Shown: piece after piece, positions 41,464-53,373 of the stretch
Layout: each line of letters starts with the position of its first letter
How positions within the stretch are numbered: position 1 is the first letter of the stretch
Source of the DNA: Pseudomonas aeruginosa PAO1
Lineage (GTDB): Bacteria; Pseudomonadota; Gammaproteobacteria; Pseudomonadales; Pseudomonadaceae
Strand: one strand, 5' to 3'
Length of the DNA: 64,000 bases
Assembly: GCF_000006765.1 (NCBI RefSeq)
Contig: NC_002516.2
Notes under the pieces: model-generated
Databases searched by the model: none
Told to the model about the DNA's origin: nothing
Seen by the model: only the letters and a program-made list of their open reading frames with translations
Program-made: the position numbers and the translations under genes

Positions 41464-42264
41464 ATGCCTGATGTAACCCTGACCACCCTGCAAGGGTTGA
41501 AGCAGAGCGGCGAGAAGATCGCCATGCTGACCTGCTACGACGCCACCTTCGCCCACACCGCCAGCCAGGCCGGCGTGGACGTGCTTCTGGTCGGAGATTC
41601 GCTCGGAATGGTATTGCAGGGTCACGACAGCACCCTGCCGGTCAGCAACGAGGAAATGGCCTATCACACGGCCTGCGTGAAACGCGGTAACAAAGGTTCC
41701 CTGATCGTCACCGACCTGGCCTTCGAATCCAGCCATTCCGTGGCCCAGACCCTTGCCGACGCGGTCCGCCTGATGCAGGCCGGCGCACACATGGTCAAGC
41801 TGGAGGGTGGGGTCTGGCTGGCGGAGCCGATCGCCCGCCTGGCACAGATGGGCGTGCCGGTCTGCGCGCATCTCGGCCTGACCCCGCAGGCGGTCAACCT
41901 GTTCGGCGGCTTCAAGGTCCAGGGCCGCCAGGAAACCCAGGCGCGCCAGTTGCGCGCCGATGCCATCGCCCTGGAGCAGGCCGGCGCCGCCATGCTGCTG
42001 CTGGAGTGCGTGCCCAGCGTGCTGGCCGAAGAGATCACCCAGGCGGTGAAGATCCCGGTGATCGGGATTGGCGCCGGTGCGGCGACCGATGGCCAGGTGC
42101 TGGTCATGCACGACATGCTCGGTCTCTCGCTGACCGGCCGCTCGCCCAAGTTCGTCAAGGATTTCATGCAAGGCCAGGAGAGCATCCCGGCCGCCATCGC
42201 GGCCTATGTCCGCGCCGTCAAGGACGTGTCCTTCCCCGCCGCCGAACACGGATTCAACGCATGA
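41464..42264 (+). CDS. panB: 3-methyl-2-oxobutanoate hydroxymethyltransferase
   Basis: [41 protein letters not shown]. Confidence 0.97.
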   Translation: MPDVTLTTLQGLKQSGEKIAMLTCYDATFAHTASQAGVDVLLVGDSLGMVLQGHDSTLPVSNEEMAYHTACVKRGNKGSLIVTDLAFESSHSVAQTLADAVRLMQAGAHMVKLEGGVWLAEPIARLAQMGVPVCAHLGLTPQAVNLFGGFKVQGRQETQARQLRADAIALEQAGAAMLLLECVPSVLAEEITQAVKIPVIGIGAGAATDGQVLVMHDMLGLSLTGRSPKFVKDFMQGQESIPAAIAAYVRAVKDVSFPAAEHGFNA

Positions 42265-43112
42265 ACACCGTCAAGACCGTCCGTGAACTGCGCGCCGCGG
42301 TGGCGCGCGCCCGCAGCGAAGGCAAGCGCATCGGCTTCGTGCCGACCATGGGCAACCTCCACGCCGGCCATGCCGCGCTGGTAAAGAAAGCCGGCGAACG
42401 CGCCGACTTCGTGGTCGTCAGCATCTTCGTCAACCCGCTGCAATTCGGCCCCAGCGAAGACCTCGACACATACCCGCGAACCCTCGCAGCCGACCAGGAA
42501 CGCCTGCTCGAAGCCGGCTGCCACCTGCTGTTCACCCCGACCGTCGAGGAAATGTACCCCGACGGCATGGACGGGCAGACCCGCATCCATGTTCCCGGCG
42601 TCTCCGAAGGTCTTTGCGGCGCCAGTCGTCCCGGCCATTTCGAAGGCGTGGCGACCGTGGTCAGCAAGCTGCTGAACATGGTCCAGCCGGACCTCGCGCT
42701 GTTCGGCGAAAAGGATTTCCAGCAGTTGGCGGTGATCCGCAAGCTGGTCCGCGACCTCAACCTGCCGGTGCAGATCTTCGGCGAGCCGACGGTGCGTGCC
42801 GCCGATGGCCTGGCGTTGTCCTCGCGCAACGGTTACCTCGACGAGCAGCAGCGCGCCGCCGCCCCGGCGATCTACCGCACCCTGCGGCAGCTCGGCGAAC
42901 GCATCCGCGCCGGCGCCGAGGACTTCCCGGCATTGCTCGCCGACGCCCGCCAGGCCCTGGAACAGGCCGGGCTGCGCCCCGACTACCTGGAAATCCGCGA
43001 GCCGATCAGCCTGCGCCCCGGGGTACCCGGCGACCGCCAACTGGTGATCCTGGCCGCCGCCTACCTGGGCAGCACGCGGCTGATCGACAACCTCTCAGTC
43101 CACCTCGATTGA
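42261..43112 (+). CDS. panC: Pantoate--beta-alanine ligase
   Basis: [48 protein letters not shown] overlap with panB. Confidence 0.97.
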   Translation: MNTVKTVRELRAAVARARSEGKRIGFVPTMGNLHAGHAALVKKAGERADFVVVSIFVNPLQFGPSEDLDTYPRTLAADQERLLEAGCHLLFTPTVEEMYPDGMDGQTRIHVPGVSEGLCGASRPGHFEGVATVVSKLLNMVQPDLALFGEKDFQQLAVIRKLVRDLNLPVQIFGEPTVRAADGLALSSRNGYLDEQQRAAAPAIYRTLRQLGERIRAGAEDFPALLADARQALEQAGLRPDYLEIREPISLRPGVPGDRQLVILAAAYLGSTRLIDNLSVHLD

Positions 43113-43120
43113 CGCATGCC

Positions 43121-43143
43121 GAGCCCCCGGTTCCCGGGGGCTT
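43121..43143 (+). other. Hairpin between panC and panD
   Basis: GAGCCCCCGG-ttc-CCGGGGGCTT, with no T-run. Confidence 0.5.
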
Positions 43144-43205
43144 GAGCGCTCACCACGGACTCGCCATACTCTGCCGCCCCCCGCGGACCCGATAGGAGTC
43201 GCCCC

Positions 43206-43586
43206 ATGCACGCCATAATGCTCAAAGCCAAGTTGCATCGCGCCGAAGTCACCCATGCCGTCCTCGACTACGAAGGCTCCTGCGCCATCGACGGCGATTG
43301 GCTGGACCTCTCCGGAATCCGCGAGTACGAACAGATCCAGATCTACAACATCGACAACGGCGAGCGCTTCACCACCTATGCGATCCGCGCCGAGAACGGC
43401 TCGAAGATGATCTCGGTGAACGGCGCCGCGGCACACAAGGCCAAGGTCGGCGACCGCGTGATCATCTGCGCCTACGCACACTACAGCGAAGCCGAACTGG
43501 CCAGCCACAAGCCGCGCATGCTGTACATGGCGCCGGGCAACCAGCTCAGCCATACCAGCGAGGCGATTCCGATACAGGTCGCCTGA
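43206..43586 (+). CDS. panD: Aspartate 1-decarboxylase proenzyme
   Basis: KAKLHRA, self-cleavage site [22 protein letters not shown]. Confidence 0.97.
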
Positions 43587-43603
43587 CCTCGCCCCCTCTG
43601 GAT

Positions 43604-43629
43604 AAAGCCCGGTTTCATCCGGGCTTTTT
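43604..43629 (+). terminator. panBCD terminator
   Basis: AAAGCCCGG-tttcat-CCGGGCTTT followed by TT. Confidence 0.8.
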
Positions 43630-43675
43630 CATGTTCAAATAAGTGCGCCATCGAATTCCAACCAGAAGGTCAGCC

Positions 43676-45340
43676 ATGAAGCACCACCTCACTCCGCTGG
43701 ATGCCACGCAACTCGACAGTTGGCGCGCCCTGGCCGCCCATCGCCAGGAACTGCAGGACTTCAGGATGCGCCAGGCGTTCATCGACGATCCGGAGCGCTT
43801 CAAGCGGTTTTCCTTCAGCGCCTGTGGGCTGTTCCTCGACTTCTCGAAGAACCTGATTCGCCAGGACACCATCGACCTGCTGGTGAAGCTGGCCGAGGAA
43901 GCACGGCTGAGCGACGCGATCCGGGCGATGTTCGACGGCGAGGCGATCAATGCCTCCGAGCGCCGGCCGGTACTGCATACCGCGCTGCGTCGACCGATCG
44001 GCGACAAGGTGCTGGTCGATGGCGTCGACGTGATGCCGGAAGTCCACCGCGTCCTGCACCAGATGACCGAGCTGGTGGGCTACGTGCACAACGGCCTGTG
44101 GCGCGGCTATACCGAAAAGCCGATCACCGACGTGGTGAACATCGGCATCGGCGGCTCCTTCCTCGGCCCGCAACTGGTATCCGAAGCCTTGCTGCCATTC
44201 GCCCAGAAAGGCGTGCGCTGCCACTACCTGGCGAACATCGACGGTAGCGAGTTCCATGAACTGGCCAGCCGCCTGAACGCCGAGACCACCCTGTTCATCG
44301 TTTCCTCCAAGTCCTTCGGGACCCTGGAAACCCTGAAGAACGCCCAGGCCGCACGCGCCTGGTACCTGGCCCAGGGCGGCACCGAGGAAGAGCTTTACCG
44401 CCATTTCATCGCCGTCTCCAGCAACAAGGAGGCCGCGATCGCCTTTGGCATCCGCGAGGAAAACATCTTCCCCATGTGGGACTGGGTCGGCGGCCGCTAC
44501 TCGCTGTGGTCGGCCATCGGCCTGCCGATCGCCATGTCCATCGGCATCTCCAACTTCAAGGAGTTGCTGTCCGGTGCCTACAACATGGACCAGCACTTCC
44601 AGACCGCGCCGTTCGAACGCAACATCCCGGTGCTGCTCGGCCTGCTCGGCGTCTGGTACGGCGACTTCTGGGGCGCGAACAGCCACGCGATCCTGCCCTA
44701 CGACTACTATCTGCGGAATATCACCGACCACCTGCAACAACTGGACATGGAATCCAACGGCAAGAGCGTGCGCCAGGACGGCACGCCGGTCACCAGCGGC
44801 ACCGGGCCGGTGATCTGGGGTGGTGTCGGCTGCAACGGCCAGCACGCCTACCATCAGTTGCTGCACCAAGGCACCCAGTTGATCCCGGCGGACTTCATCG
44901 TCCCGGTGAGCAGCTACAACCCGGTGGCCGACCATCACCAGTGGCTGTACGCCAACTGCCTGTCGCAGAGCCAGGCGCTGATGCTCGGCAAGAGCCGCGA
45001 GGAGGCCGAGGCCGAACTGCGCGCCAAGGGCCTGCCGGAAGCCGAAGTGCAGCGCCTGGCGCCGCACAAGGTGATTCCGGGCAACCGACCGAGCAACACC
45101 CTGGTGGTCGAGCGCATCAGCGCCCGCCGCCTCGGCGCGCTGATCGCCATGTACGAGCACAAGGTCTACGTACAGAGCATCCTCTGGGGCATCAACGCCT
45201 TCGACCAATGGGGCGTGGAGCTTGGCAAGGAACTCGGCAAGGGTGTCTATTCGCGCCTGGTCGGCAGCGAGGAAACCCCGGCCGAGGACGCCTCGACCCA
45301 AGGCCTGATCGACTTCTTCCGCGGCCGCCATCGCGGCTGA
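43676..45340 (+). CDS. pgi: Glucose-6-phosphate isomerase
   Basis: [57 protein letters not shown]. Confidence 0.98.
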   Translation: MKHHLTPLDATQLDSWRALAAHRQELQDFRMRQAFIDDPERFKRFSFSACGLFLDFSKNLIRQDTIDLLVKLAEEARLSDAIRAMFDGEAINASERRPVLHTALRRPIGDKVLVDGVDVMPEVHRVLHQMTELVGYVHNGLWRGYTEKPITDVVNIGIGGSFLGPQLVSEALLPFAQKGVRCHYLANIDGSEFHELASRLNAETTLFIVSSKSFGTLETLKNAQAARAWYLAQGGTEEELYRHFIAVSSNKEAAIAFGIREENIFPMWDWVGGRYSLWSAIGLPIAMSIGISNFKELLSGAYNMDQHFQTAPFERNIPVLLGLLGVWYGDFWGANSHAILPYDYYLRNITDHLQQLDMESNGKSVRQDGTPVTSGTGPVIWGGVGCNGQHAYHQLLHQGTQLIPADFIVPVSSYNPVADHHQWLYANCLSQSQALMLGKSREEAEAELRAKGLPEAEVQRLAPHKVIPGNRPSNTLVVERISARRLGALIAMYEHKVYVQSILWGINAFDQWGVELGKELGKGVYSRLVGSEETPAEDASTQGLIDFFRGRHRG

Positions 45341-45353
45341 TCCGCCTCTCCCC

Positions 45354-45380
45354 AAAGCCCGGCCCTAGGCCGGGCTTTTT
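45354..45380 (+). terminator. pgi terminator
   Basis: AAAGCCCGGCC-cta-GGCCGGGCTTT followed by TT. Confidence 0.85.
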
Positions 45381-45533
45381 CATTCCGTCCGGCGATTGAC
45401 CCCGGCGCCTTCCCCGCTCGCGCCTTTGGCACTTGAACATGGCTCTCGCCTGGCCCACCCTTGGTCGAACCTGGAGAGGGGCCGCGTGCGGTCTCTCGAC
45501 ACCTTGCGGAGCAGAAAAACAAAGGAAACCGCC

Positions 45534-47471
<1,938 letters not shown>

Positions 47472-47478
47472 CCCGCGC

Positions 47479-47511
47479 AACCGTCCCGCCGCCCTGCGGC
47501 GCGGGACGGTT
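47479..47511 (+). terminator. GC-rich hairpin after acsB
   Basis: AACCGTCCCGC...GCGGGACGGTT 11-bp stem with a weak T tail. Confidence 0.5.
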
Positions 47512-47568
47512 CCAGTCTCTCCGGCGCCTGGGTTAAGCTCGTGCCTGCCCTGTCGTAGCGAGCCCCCC

Positions 47569-48450
47569 ATGGAAAGCGTCCGTCGCCATATCGAAAGCCA
47601 GGTGCTGAGCCTTACCGGGCTCGCCGTCGGCGGTGTCGACTTCGAGTCGCCGAAAGGCGATCCGGGCCTGTTCGGCCCCGATGCCGCCTGCTGGAAGGTC
47701 CACGGCGACTTCAGCAGCATGATGATCGGCGGCATCGGCGCGCTGCTCCTGCAGATGCTCCATCCGCTGGCCCTGGCGGGGGTGTGGGACCACTCCAATT
47801 TCCGCGACGACCTGCTCGGGCGCCTGCGTCGCACCGGTCAGTTCATCTCGGCCACCACCTACGGCCCGCTGGCCGATGCCGAGCGACTGATCGAGCGGGT
47901 CCGGCGCATCCACGAAAGCGTCATCGGCCAGTTGCCCGACGGCACGCCCTACTCCGCCAGCGACCCGGACCTGCTGACCTGGGTGCATGTCGCCGAGGTC
48001 AGCAGCTTTCTCAAGTCCTACCTGCGCTATCTCAATCCCGACCTGCCGGGCAGCGAGCAGGACCGTTACTACTCGGAAATCGCCCTGGTCGCCGAACGCC
48101 TCGGCGCCCGCGCGGTACCGCGCGACCGCCAGCAGATCGCCGCCTACCTGGAGGCGATGCGTCCACGCCTGCGTTGCGACGAACGCACCCGTGAAGTGGT
48201 GCGGATTCTCTTCAACGCACCAGCGCCCAGCACCCTGGCCAGGCCGTTCGGCGCGCTGATGCTGCGCGCAGGCGCCGAGCTGTTGCCGGAATGGGCCGGA
48301 TCGATGCTCGACCTCCCGTTCAGTCCGCTACAACGCCGCCTGATCCGCGGCAGCGTCAGGCGCAGCGTACCCTTGCTGCGCTGGGCGGTGCGCAACGCTT
48401 CGATGCATCGAGCCTGCCGGCGCATGGGTCTGCCGCCGGTGAGCCACTGA
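47569..48450 (+). CDS. DUF2236 / MpaB-like oxygenase family protein
   Basis: GLFGPDAACWKVHG, LLLQMLHP, GVWDHSNF, RLRRT, YSASDPDLLTWVH. Confidence 0.85.
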   Translation: MESVRRHIESQVLSLTGLAVGGVDFESPKGDPGLFGPDAACWKVHGDFSSMMIGGIGALLLQMLHPLALAGVWDHSNFRDDLLGRLRRTGQFISATTYGPLADAERLIERVRRIHESVIGQLPDGTPYSASDPDLLTWVHVAEVSSFLKSYLRYLNPDLPGSEQDRYYSEIALVAERLGARAVPRDRQQIAAYLEAMRPRLRCDERTREVVRILFNAPAPSTLARPFGALMLRAGAELLPEWAGSMLDLPFSPLQRRLIRGSVRRSVPLLRWAVRNASMHRACRRMGLPPVSH

Positions 48451-48574
48451 ACTTTCGTGCCGTGACAGCAAGAATACCCGTCCAAAGGCTCTGAAACGGC
48501 GCGAATCACGGTCGGAACCTTGAGGCCGTGCCATACTCCAACGCACCGCTTAGAACGGAAAACGAAAGAGAGCC

Positions 48575-51500
48575 ATGCCCAAAGGACTGAAACGCGCTGT
48601 CAGCGCCCTGCTGATCACCTTCCTCGTCTATTGCCTGCTGGGCTTTCTGCTCATACCCGGCATCGGGCTGCGCGTCGCCAACCAGCAACTGGCGCAATAC
48701 GCCACCGTCCCCGCACGTCTCGAACGTATCGAATTCAACCCCTTCAGCCTGGAATTGACCCTCTGGGGTCTGCGCCTGGGCGAGGAGAAGAACCCCCAGC
48801 TCGCCTTCCGCCGGCTGTACGCCAACCTGCAGCTGGACAGCCTGTGGAAACGCCAGCTGCACCTGGCCGACGTCGAGCTGGAAGGTCCGCATACCGAACT
48901 GCTGTTCGGCGAGAAGGGCCAGCTCAACCTGGCCAGCCTGTTCAGGATCCCGCCGAGCGAATCGCCCGAGCCTGAACAGCCGAGCGACCCGTTCCCGCTG
49001 CGCATCGACCGCATCCAACTGGCCGAGGGCAGCCTGCACTTCCAGGACCTGCGACCGAGCGAGCCGGTGGACTTCAGCTTCGATCCGCTGGGCTTCGAGC
49101 TGCACAACCTCAGCACCCTGCCCGACGACGGCGCGAAGATGACCCTGGTCGCCACCGGCCCGAACGGCGGCCGCCTCGACTGGGAAGGCGACCTGACCCT
49201 GGTGCCGATCACGTCCAGGGGCCACCTGAGCGTCAAGGATATCCAGCTCAAGGCCTGGTGGCCCTATGTCCGCGACAATGCCCCGCTGGTGCTGGAGAAC
49301 GGCGTGGTCAGCCTCTCCAGCGACTATCGCCTGGACCTGTCCAAGGACACCCAACTGCTGCTCGACAAAGCCGCGCTGAAACTCGCCGACTTCAGCATCA
49401 ATTCGCCCCAGGGCAAGCCGCTGGCCAAGCTCGCCAGCCTCGACGTGGCCGCTACCACCCTGGACCTGGCCAAGCAGGAAGTGGTGCTCGGCGAAGTCCG
49501 CAGCCAGGGCCTGGAGGCCTGGGCCGCGCGCGAGAAGGACGGCCAGCTCGACTGGCAGAAACTGTTCGCCGACTTCACTCCGCCGCCACGCAAGGCGCCT
49601 GCACCCAAGCCGGCGGAAAACACCGATCCCGCCGCTGCCCCGACCGACGCGGCGAAGACCACCAGCGAACCGGCAACCGACGGTGCCGCCAAGGCAGCCG
49701 CGATAGCCTCGGGCGAAGCGAGCAAGGACAGGCCGGCGGAGAAGGACGCCAGCGTCGCCGAGACGGAAAGGGCAACGGACGACAAAGAGTCCGCCAAGGC
49801 CGCGGAAGGCGCTGCCGACAAGGTAGCCAAGCAAGAGACGAGCAAGGCTCCGAAGACCGGCAAGGCAACCGGGCAGGAAACGGCCAAGACTGCGGAAATC
49901 GACAAGGCGGCCAGCGATTCTCCGCAACAGCTCGCCGACACTGCAAAGACGCCTCCGCCGGAAAGTACGAAAGCCTCCGCGGAGACGCCTGCCAAGCCCT
50001 GGAACATCGTCCTGCGCGACGCCCAGTTGCGCGGCTACAAGGCGCACCTGGTGGATCGCCAGCCGGCCACCGAGGTCCCGCTGGAAGTCGGCCCGCTGGA
50101 CCTCGACCTGCAGAACGTCGACAGCCTCGGCAAGACCCCCTTCGACCTCAAGCTCAAGACCGGCCTCGGCAACCGCGGCCAGGTCCAGGCCAGCGGCCAG
50201 GTGGTGCTCGACCCGGTCAGCGCCAGGCTCAAGGTCAGTACCCGCGACATCGACCTGCGCGTGGCCCAGGCCTACATCTCGCCGTTCATCCGCCTGGAAC
50301 TGCGCAGCGGCTTCCTTGGCAGCGAGCTGGCGGTCGACCTGAAGAGCGTCGAGCCGCTGGCTTTCAGCGTCGACGGCAGCGCCGAAGTCAGCCAGTTGCA
50401 TACCCTGGATACCATCAAGGACCGCGACTTCGTCAAATGGACCAAACTGACCCTCAACGGCCTCGCCTACCGGCACGAGGACAGCCTGTCGATCCAGAGC
50501 GTGTCCTTCGAGGAGCCCTACGCCCGCTTCATCATCAACGAAGATCGCAGCACCAACGTCAGCGAGCTGATCATCCCGCAACCGGCTAGTTCGTCCGGCA
50601 AGACCGCCGCCGAAAGCAAGAATGCGCCGGCGAGCAAGCCGCTGGGCATCCACATCGGCGGCGTACGGATCAACAACGGCTCGGCGAACTTCGCCGACCT
50701 GACCCTGATGCCGCCGTTCGGTACCGCCATCCAGCAGCTCAGCGGCGAAGTCGGCACCCTCGACACGCGCAACTCGCAGCCGGCCAAGGTGGACATCAAG
50801 GGCAAGGTCGACAAGTACGCACCGGTGACCATCGCCGGCGAACTGGACCCATTCGACCCGCTGAAGAAGCTCGACATCACCACCAGCTTCAAGCGCGTCG
50901 AGCTGACCACCCTGACGCCCTATTCCGGCAAGTTCGCCGGCTACCGCATCCGTAAGGGGCGACTCAACCTGGACCTGCACTACCAGATCGAACGTAGCCA
51001 ACTGAAGGCGGAAAACAAGGTCCTGCTGGAAGGCCTGCAACTCGGCGAGAAGGTCGACAGCCCGGATGCTGTGGACCTGCCGGTGAAGCTGGCGGTAGCC
51101 CTGCTCAAGGACACCAAGGGCAACATCGATATCCAGTTGCCGGTGGCCGGTGATCTGAACAACCCGGAGTTCAGCGTCATGCCGATCGTCTGGCAGACCC
51201 TGCGCAACCTGGTCCTGCGCGCCGTGCAGGCGCCGTTCAAGTTCATCGCCGGCCTCGCCGCCGGCGGTAACGAGGATCTCGGCACGGTACCCTTCGCCGC
51301 GGGCAGCGACGAGCTGACGCCAGAAGCCCAGGCCAACCTCGACAAGCTCGCCGATGCGCTCAAGGAGCGGCCGGCGCTGCGCCTGGAAGTGGAAGGCGTG
51401 GCCTCCGCCGCGGCTGACGGTCCCTCGATCGGCGCCAAGCGTCTCGAACTGGAATACCAGAACACCTACTACCGCATGCTCCAGCGTCGCGGCGACAAGG

Positions 51501-51841
51501 TACCGAGCGACGCCAAGCAGCTCGAGGTGCCGGAGAACATGCAGGCACCGCTGCTCGAAGGCATCTACCGGACCCGCCTGAAGCAGCAGCCACCGGCCGA
51601 GTGGAAGGAACTGGACAGCGACGAACGCACCGCGAAGATGCGCGAAGCGGTGATCGCTTCCTGGGCCAAGAGCCAGGTGCTGCTGCGCCAGATTGGCCAG
51701 GCCCGGGCCACCCGGATCAAGGATTACCTGGTGGAGAAAGGCCAGTTGCCGGACGATCGCATCTACTTGATCGACGTCAGTTTCGCCGAAGGCGAAGACA
51801 AGGGTAATGTCGACACCCAACTGCACCTGGATAGCGAGTGA
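48575..51841 (+). CDS. DUF748 AsmA-like envelope protein with an N-terminal anchor and an OmpA-like C-terminal region
   Basis: Single N-terminal TM, repeated beta-rich units (FNPFSLELTL, FADLTLMPPF, LTPYSGKFAGY, LPVKLAVALLKD), a 140-aa low-complexity insert, and C-terminal VPFAAGSDEL...QARATRIKDYL. Confidence 0.85.
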   Translation: MPKGLKRAVSALLITFLVYCLLGFLLIPGIGLRVANQQLAQYATVPARLERIEFNPFSLELTLWGLRLGEEKNPQLAFRRLYANLQLDSLWKRQLHLADVELEGPHTELLFGEKGQLNLASLFRIPPSESPEPEQPSDPFPLRIDRIQLAEGSLHFQDLRPSEPVDFSFDPLGFELHNLSTLPDDGAKMTLVATGPNGGRLDWEGDLTLVPITSRGHLSVKDIQLKAWWPYVRDNAPLVLENGVVSLSSDYRLDLSKDTQLLLDKAALKLADFSINSPQGKPLAKLASLDVAATTLDLAKQEVVLGEVRSQGLEAWAAREKDGQLDWQKLFADFTPPPRKAPAPKPAENTDPAAAPTDAAKTTSEPATDGAAKAAAIASGEASKDRPAEKDASVAETERATDDKESAKAAEGAADKVAKQETSKAPKTGKATGQETAKTAEIDKAASDSPQQLADTAKTPPPESTKASAETPAKPWNIVLRDAQLRGYKAHLVDRQPATEVPLEVGPLDLDLQNVDSLGKTPFDLKLKTGLGNRGQVQASGQVVLDPVSARLKVSTRDIDLRVAQAYISPFIRLELRSGFLGSELAVDLKSVEPLAFSVDGSAEVSQLHTLDTIKDRDFVKWTKLTLNGLAYRHEDSLSIQSVSFEEPYARFIINEDRSTNVSELIIPQPASSSGKTAAESKNAPASKPLGIHIGGVRINNGSANFADLTLMPPFGTAIQQLSGEVGTLDTRNSQPAKVDIKGKVDKYAPVTIAGELDPFDPLKKLDITTSFKRVELTTLTPYSGKFAGYRIRKGRLNLDLHYQIERSQLKAENKVLLEGLQLGEKVDSPDAVDLPVKLAVALLKDTKGNIDIQLPVAGDLNNPEFSVMPIVWQTLRNLVLRAVQAPFKFIAGLAAGGNEDLGTVPFAAGSDELTPEAQANLDKLADALKERPALRLEVEGVASAAADGPSIGAKRLELEYQNTYYRMLQRRGDKVPSDAKQLEVPENMQAPLLEGIYRTRLKQQPPAEWKELDSDERTAKMREAVIASWAKSQVLLRQIGQARATRIKDYLVEKGQLPDDRIYLIDVSFAEGEDKGNVDTQLHLDSE

Positions 51842-51845
51842 TACT

Positions 51846-52139
51846 TTGCACAAGCGATTCGCCGCCCTCGCGGCCCCCCTGCTCTACCTTGCCTGCGCGA
51901 GCGCGCAGGCCGACACCATGCGTTGCGGCAGTGCGCTGGTCAGCGTCGGCGACCGGGCCTTCGAAGTACAGCAAAAGTGCGGCGATCCGGATCACCGCGA
52001 CGACGTCGGCTATACCCTGGGCAGCTACGATCGGCGGGAATTCAAGGTCGAGGAGTGGGTGTACGGCCCGCGCAACGGCGTGACCTACATCCTGACCTTC
52101 GAAGCCAACAAGCTGAAACGCATCGAGTTCAAGCGTTGA
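51846..52139 (+). CDS. Secreted DUF2845 protein, copy 1
   Basis: Signal peptide ending AQA, MRCGSALVSVGD...KCGDP...EEWVYGP. TTG start inferred. Confidence 0.8.
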   Translation: MHKRFAALAAPLLYLACASAQADTMRCGSALVSVGDRAFEVQQKCGDPDHRDDVGYTLGSYDRREFKVEEWVYGPRNGVTYILTFEANKLKRIEFKR

Positions 52140-52450
52140 ATCGCTCGCTTCCGCGCACCGGGCTGGTGGCGTTGCTGTCCCTGCTGCCGTTGGCACATGC
52201 TCAGGCCGATTCGCTGCGTTGCGGCAGCCGCCTGGTGAGTACCGGCGACAGCAGCGCCGACGTCCTTGCGCGCTGCGGCGAGCCACGCAGCCGCGACAGC
52301 CTGGGTTATCGCGAGGTCGTCGGGGAATGGGGCAAGCGCTACGAGGTCGAGGTCCAGGAATGGGTCTATGGCCCATGGAACGGCATGCTGTATTTCGTCC
52401 GTTTCGAGGGCAACCGCCTCAGCGCCATCCAGAGCCGGCGCGGCGACTGA
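52136..52450 (+). CDS. Secreted DUF2845 protein, copy 2
   Basis: Signal peptide ending AQA, LRCGSRLVSTGD...RCGEP...QEWVYGP. The TTG start overlaps the copy-1 stop. Confidence 0.8.
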   Translation: MNRSLPRTGLVALLSLLPLAHAQADSLRCGSRLVSTGDSSADVLARCGEPRSRDSLGYREVVGEWGKRYEVEVQEWVYGPWNGMLYFVRFEGNRLSAIQSRRGD

Positions 52451-52467
52451 ATCCAGCGCCCATGAAA

Positions 52468-52500
52468 AAGCCCCGCCGGGCAATCCCGGCGGGGCTTCTT
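52468..52500. terminator. Bidirectional terminator
   Basis: AAGCCCCGCCGGG-caat-CCCGGCGGGGCTT. Confidence 0.85.
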
Positions 52501-52509
52501 TCTACCTGT

Positions 52510-52707
52510 TCACAGGCGGTCGCTGAAGTCGCGAACTTCCTGTTCGGCCCTTTCCTTGGACCAGCCATAGCGTTCCTGCAGCTTGCCGACCAGGTATTCG
52601 GCATGTCCGTCGGCAGCCTGGAGATCGTCGTCGGTCAGATCGCCCCAACGCTCCTTGATCTTGCCGGTGAGTTGCTTCCACTTACCTTTGATCACATCGG
52701 AATTCAT
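52510..52707 (-). CDS. CsbD/YjbJ-family stress protein
   Basis: [29 protein letters not shown]...GKLQERYG. Confidence 0.93.
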   Translation of the reverse strand: MNSDVIKGKWKQLTGKIKERWGDLTDDDLQAADGHAEYLVGKLQERYGWSKERAEQEVRDFSDRL

Positions 52708-52756
52708 CGGTCTTCCTCCTGGTGACGAGGGAAAAGGGATCGTTCGGCCCGGGCGC

Positions 52757-53101
52757 TTACTCGACCGATTTCAGGCCATCGGCGGAAACGGCTTTCACGC
52801 CCTTGATGCCCTTGGCGGTCTCGATCGCCAGGTCACGCTCGGCATCGCTCTTCACGTTGCCGGAAAGGGAAACCACACCTTTGTTGGTCTCGACCTTGAT
52901 ATCGACGCCACTGACATTCTTGTTGGCGATCAGGCTGGATTTCACCTTGCTGGTGATCCAGGTATCGGAAACCGCTTCTTCGGTTTTCTGCATAGTGTCG
53001 TTGGCCGCCAGGCTGATGGGCTGGGCAGCGAACGCATTGGCCATCGAGAAGCTCAGAGCAGTGGCAGTAGCAGCGGCAATAGCGAGTTTGCTGAATTTCA
53101 T
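52757..53101 (-). CDS. Periplasmic single BON-domain (OsmY-like) protein
   Basis: Signal peptide, [30 protein letters not shown] 53101 with SD GGAG. Confidence 0.92.
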   Translation of the reverse strand: MKFSKLAIAAATATALSFSMANAFAAQPISLAANDTMQKTEEAVSDTWITSKVKSSLIANKNVSGVDIKVETNKGVVSLSGNVKSDAERDLAIETAKGIKGVKAVSADGLKSVE

Positions 53102-53166
53102 TGCGGTTTCTCCTATGGATTTCGAAAAACTGCAGCCATTCCTGGCGTCAGTTGCATAGTAGATAT

Positions 53167-53183
53167 CGCAAGCGCTGTGCCAG
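53167..53183 (-). promoter_or_regulatory. sigma54 (-24/-12) promoter of the BON/CsbD genes
   Basis: Minus strand TGGCAC-AGCGC-TTGC, a perfect consensus match about 55 nt upstream of the ATG. Confidence 0.8.
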
Positions 53184-53209
53184 TTTTCCTCTAAAATAAA
53201 ATCCTTTAA

Positions 53210-53222
53210 AAACAATAAGTTA
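53210..53222 (+). promoter_or_regulatory. IHF-like site in an AT-rich tract
   Basis: AAACAA-TAAG-TTA, one mismatch to WATCAA-N4-TTR, at about -60. Confidence 0.5.
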
Positions 53223-53246
53223 AAAAACAGACTGGAAGCGAGACGG

Positions 53247-53290
53247 TTGCAGAATGCCGAATTGGGGATGACAGGGCTTGCAAAATGCAA
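53247..53290. promoter_or_regulatory. Tandem candidate enhancer boxes for a sigma54 activator
   Basis: TTGCA-AAA-TGCAA (53278-53290, perfect inverted repeat) and TTGCA-GAA-TGCCG (53247-53259), 31 bp apart. Confidence 0.5.
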
Positions 53291-53329
53291 GGATTCGCCC
53301 CCTTCGCCGAGAAGCGTGTCGCGGAAACG

Positions 53330-53355
53330 AAAACAGGGCCCGAGGGCCCTGTTTT
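53330..53355 (-). terminator. pnp terminator
   Basis: AAAACAGGGCC-cgag-GGCCCTGTTTT. Confidence 0.85.
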
Positions 53356-53373
53356 CATCGATCACGACTCGAC

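Noticed and set aside
45427-45442. TGGCAC upstream of acsB as a sigma54 promoter
   Set aside because: No GC at -12 (TGGCAC-TTGAA-CATG).
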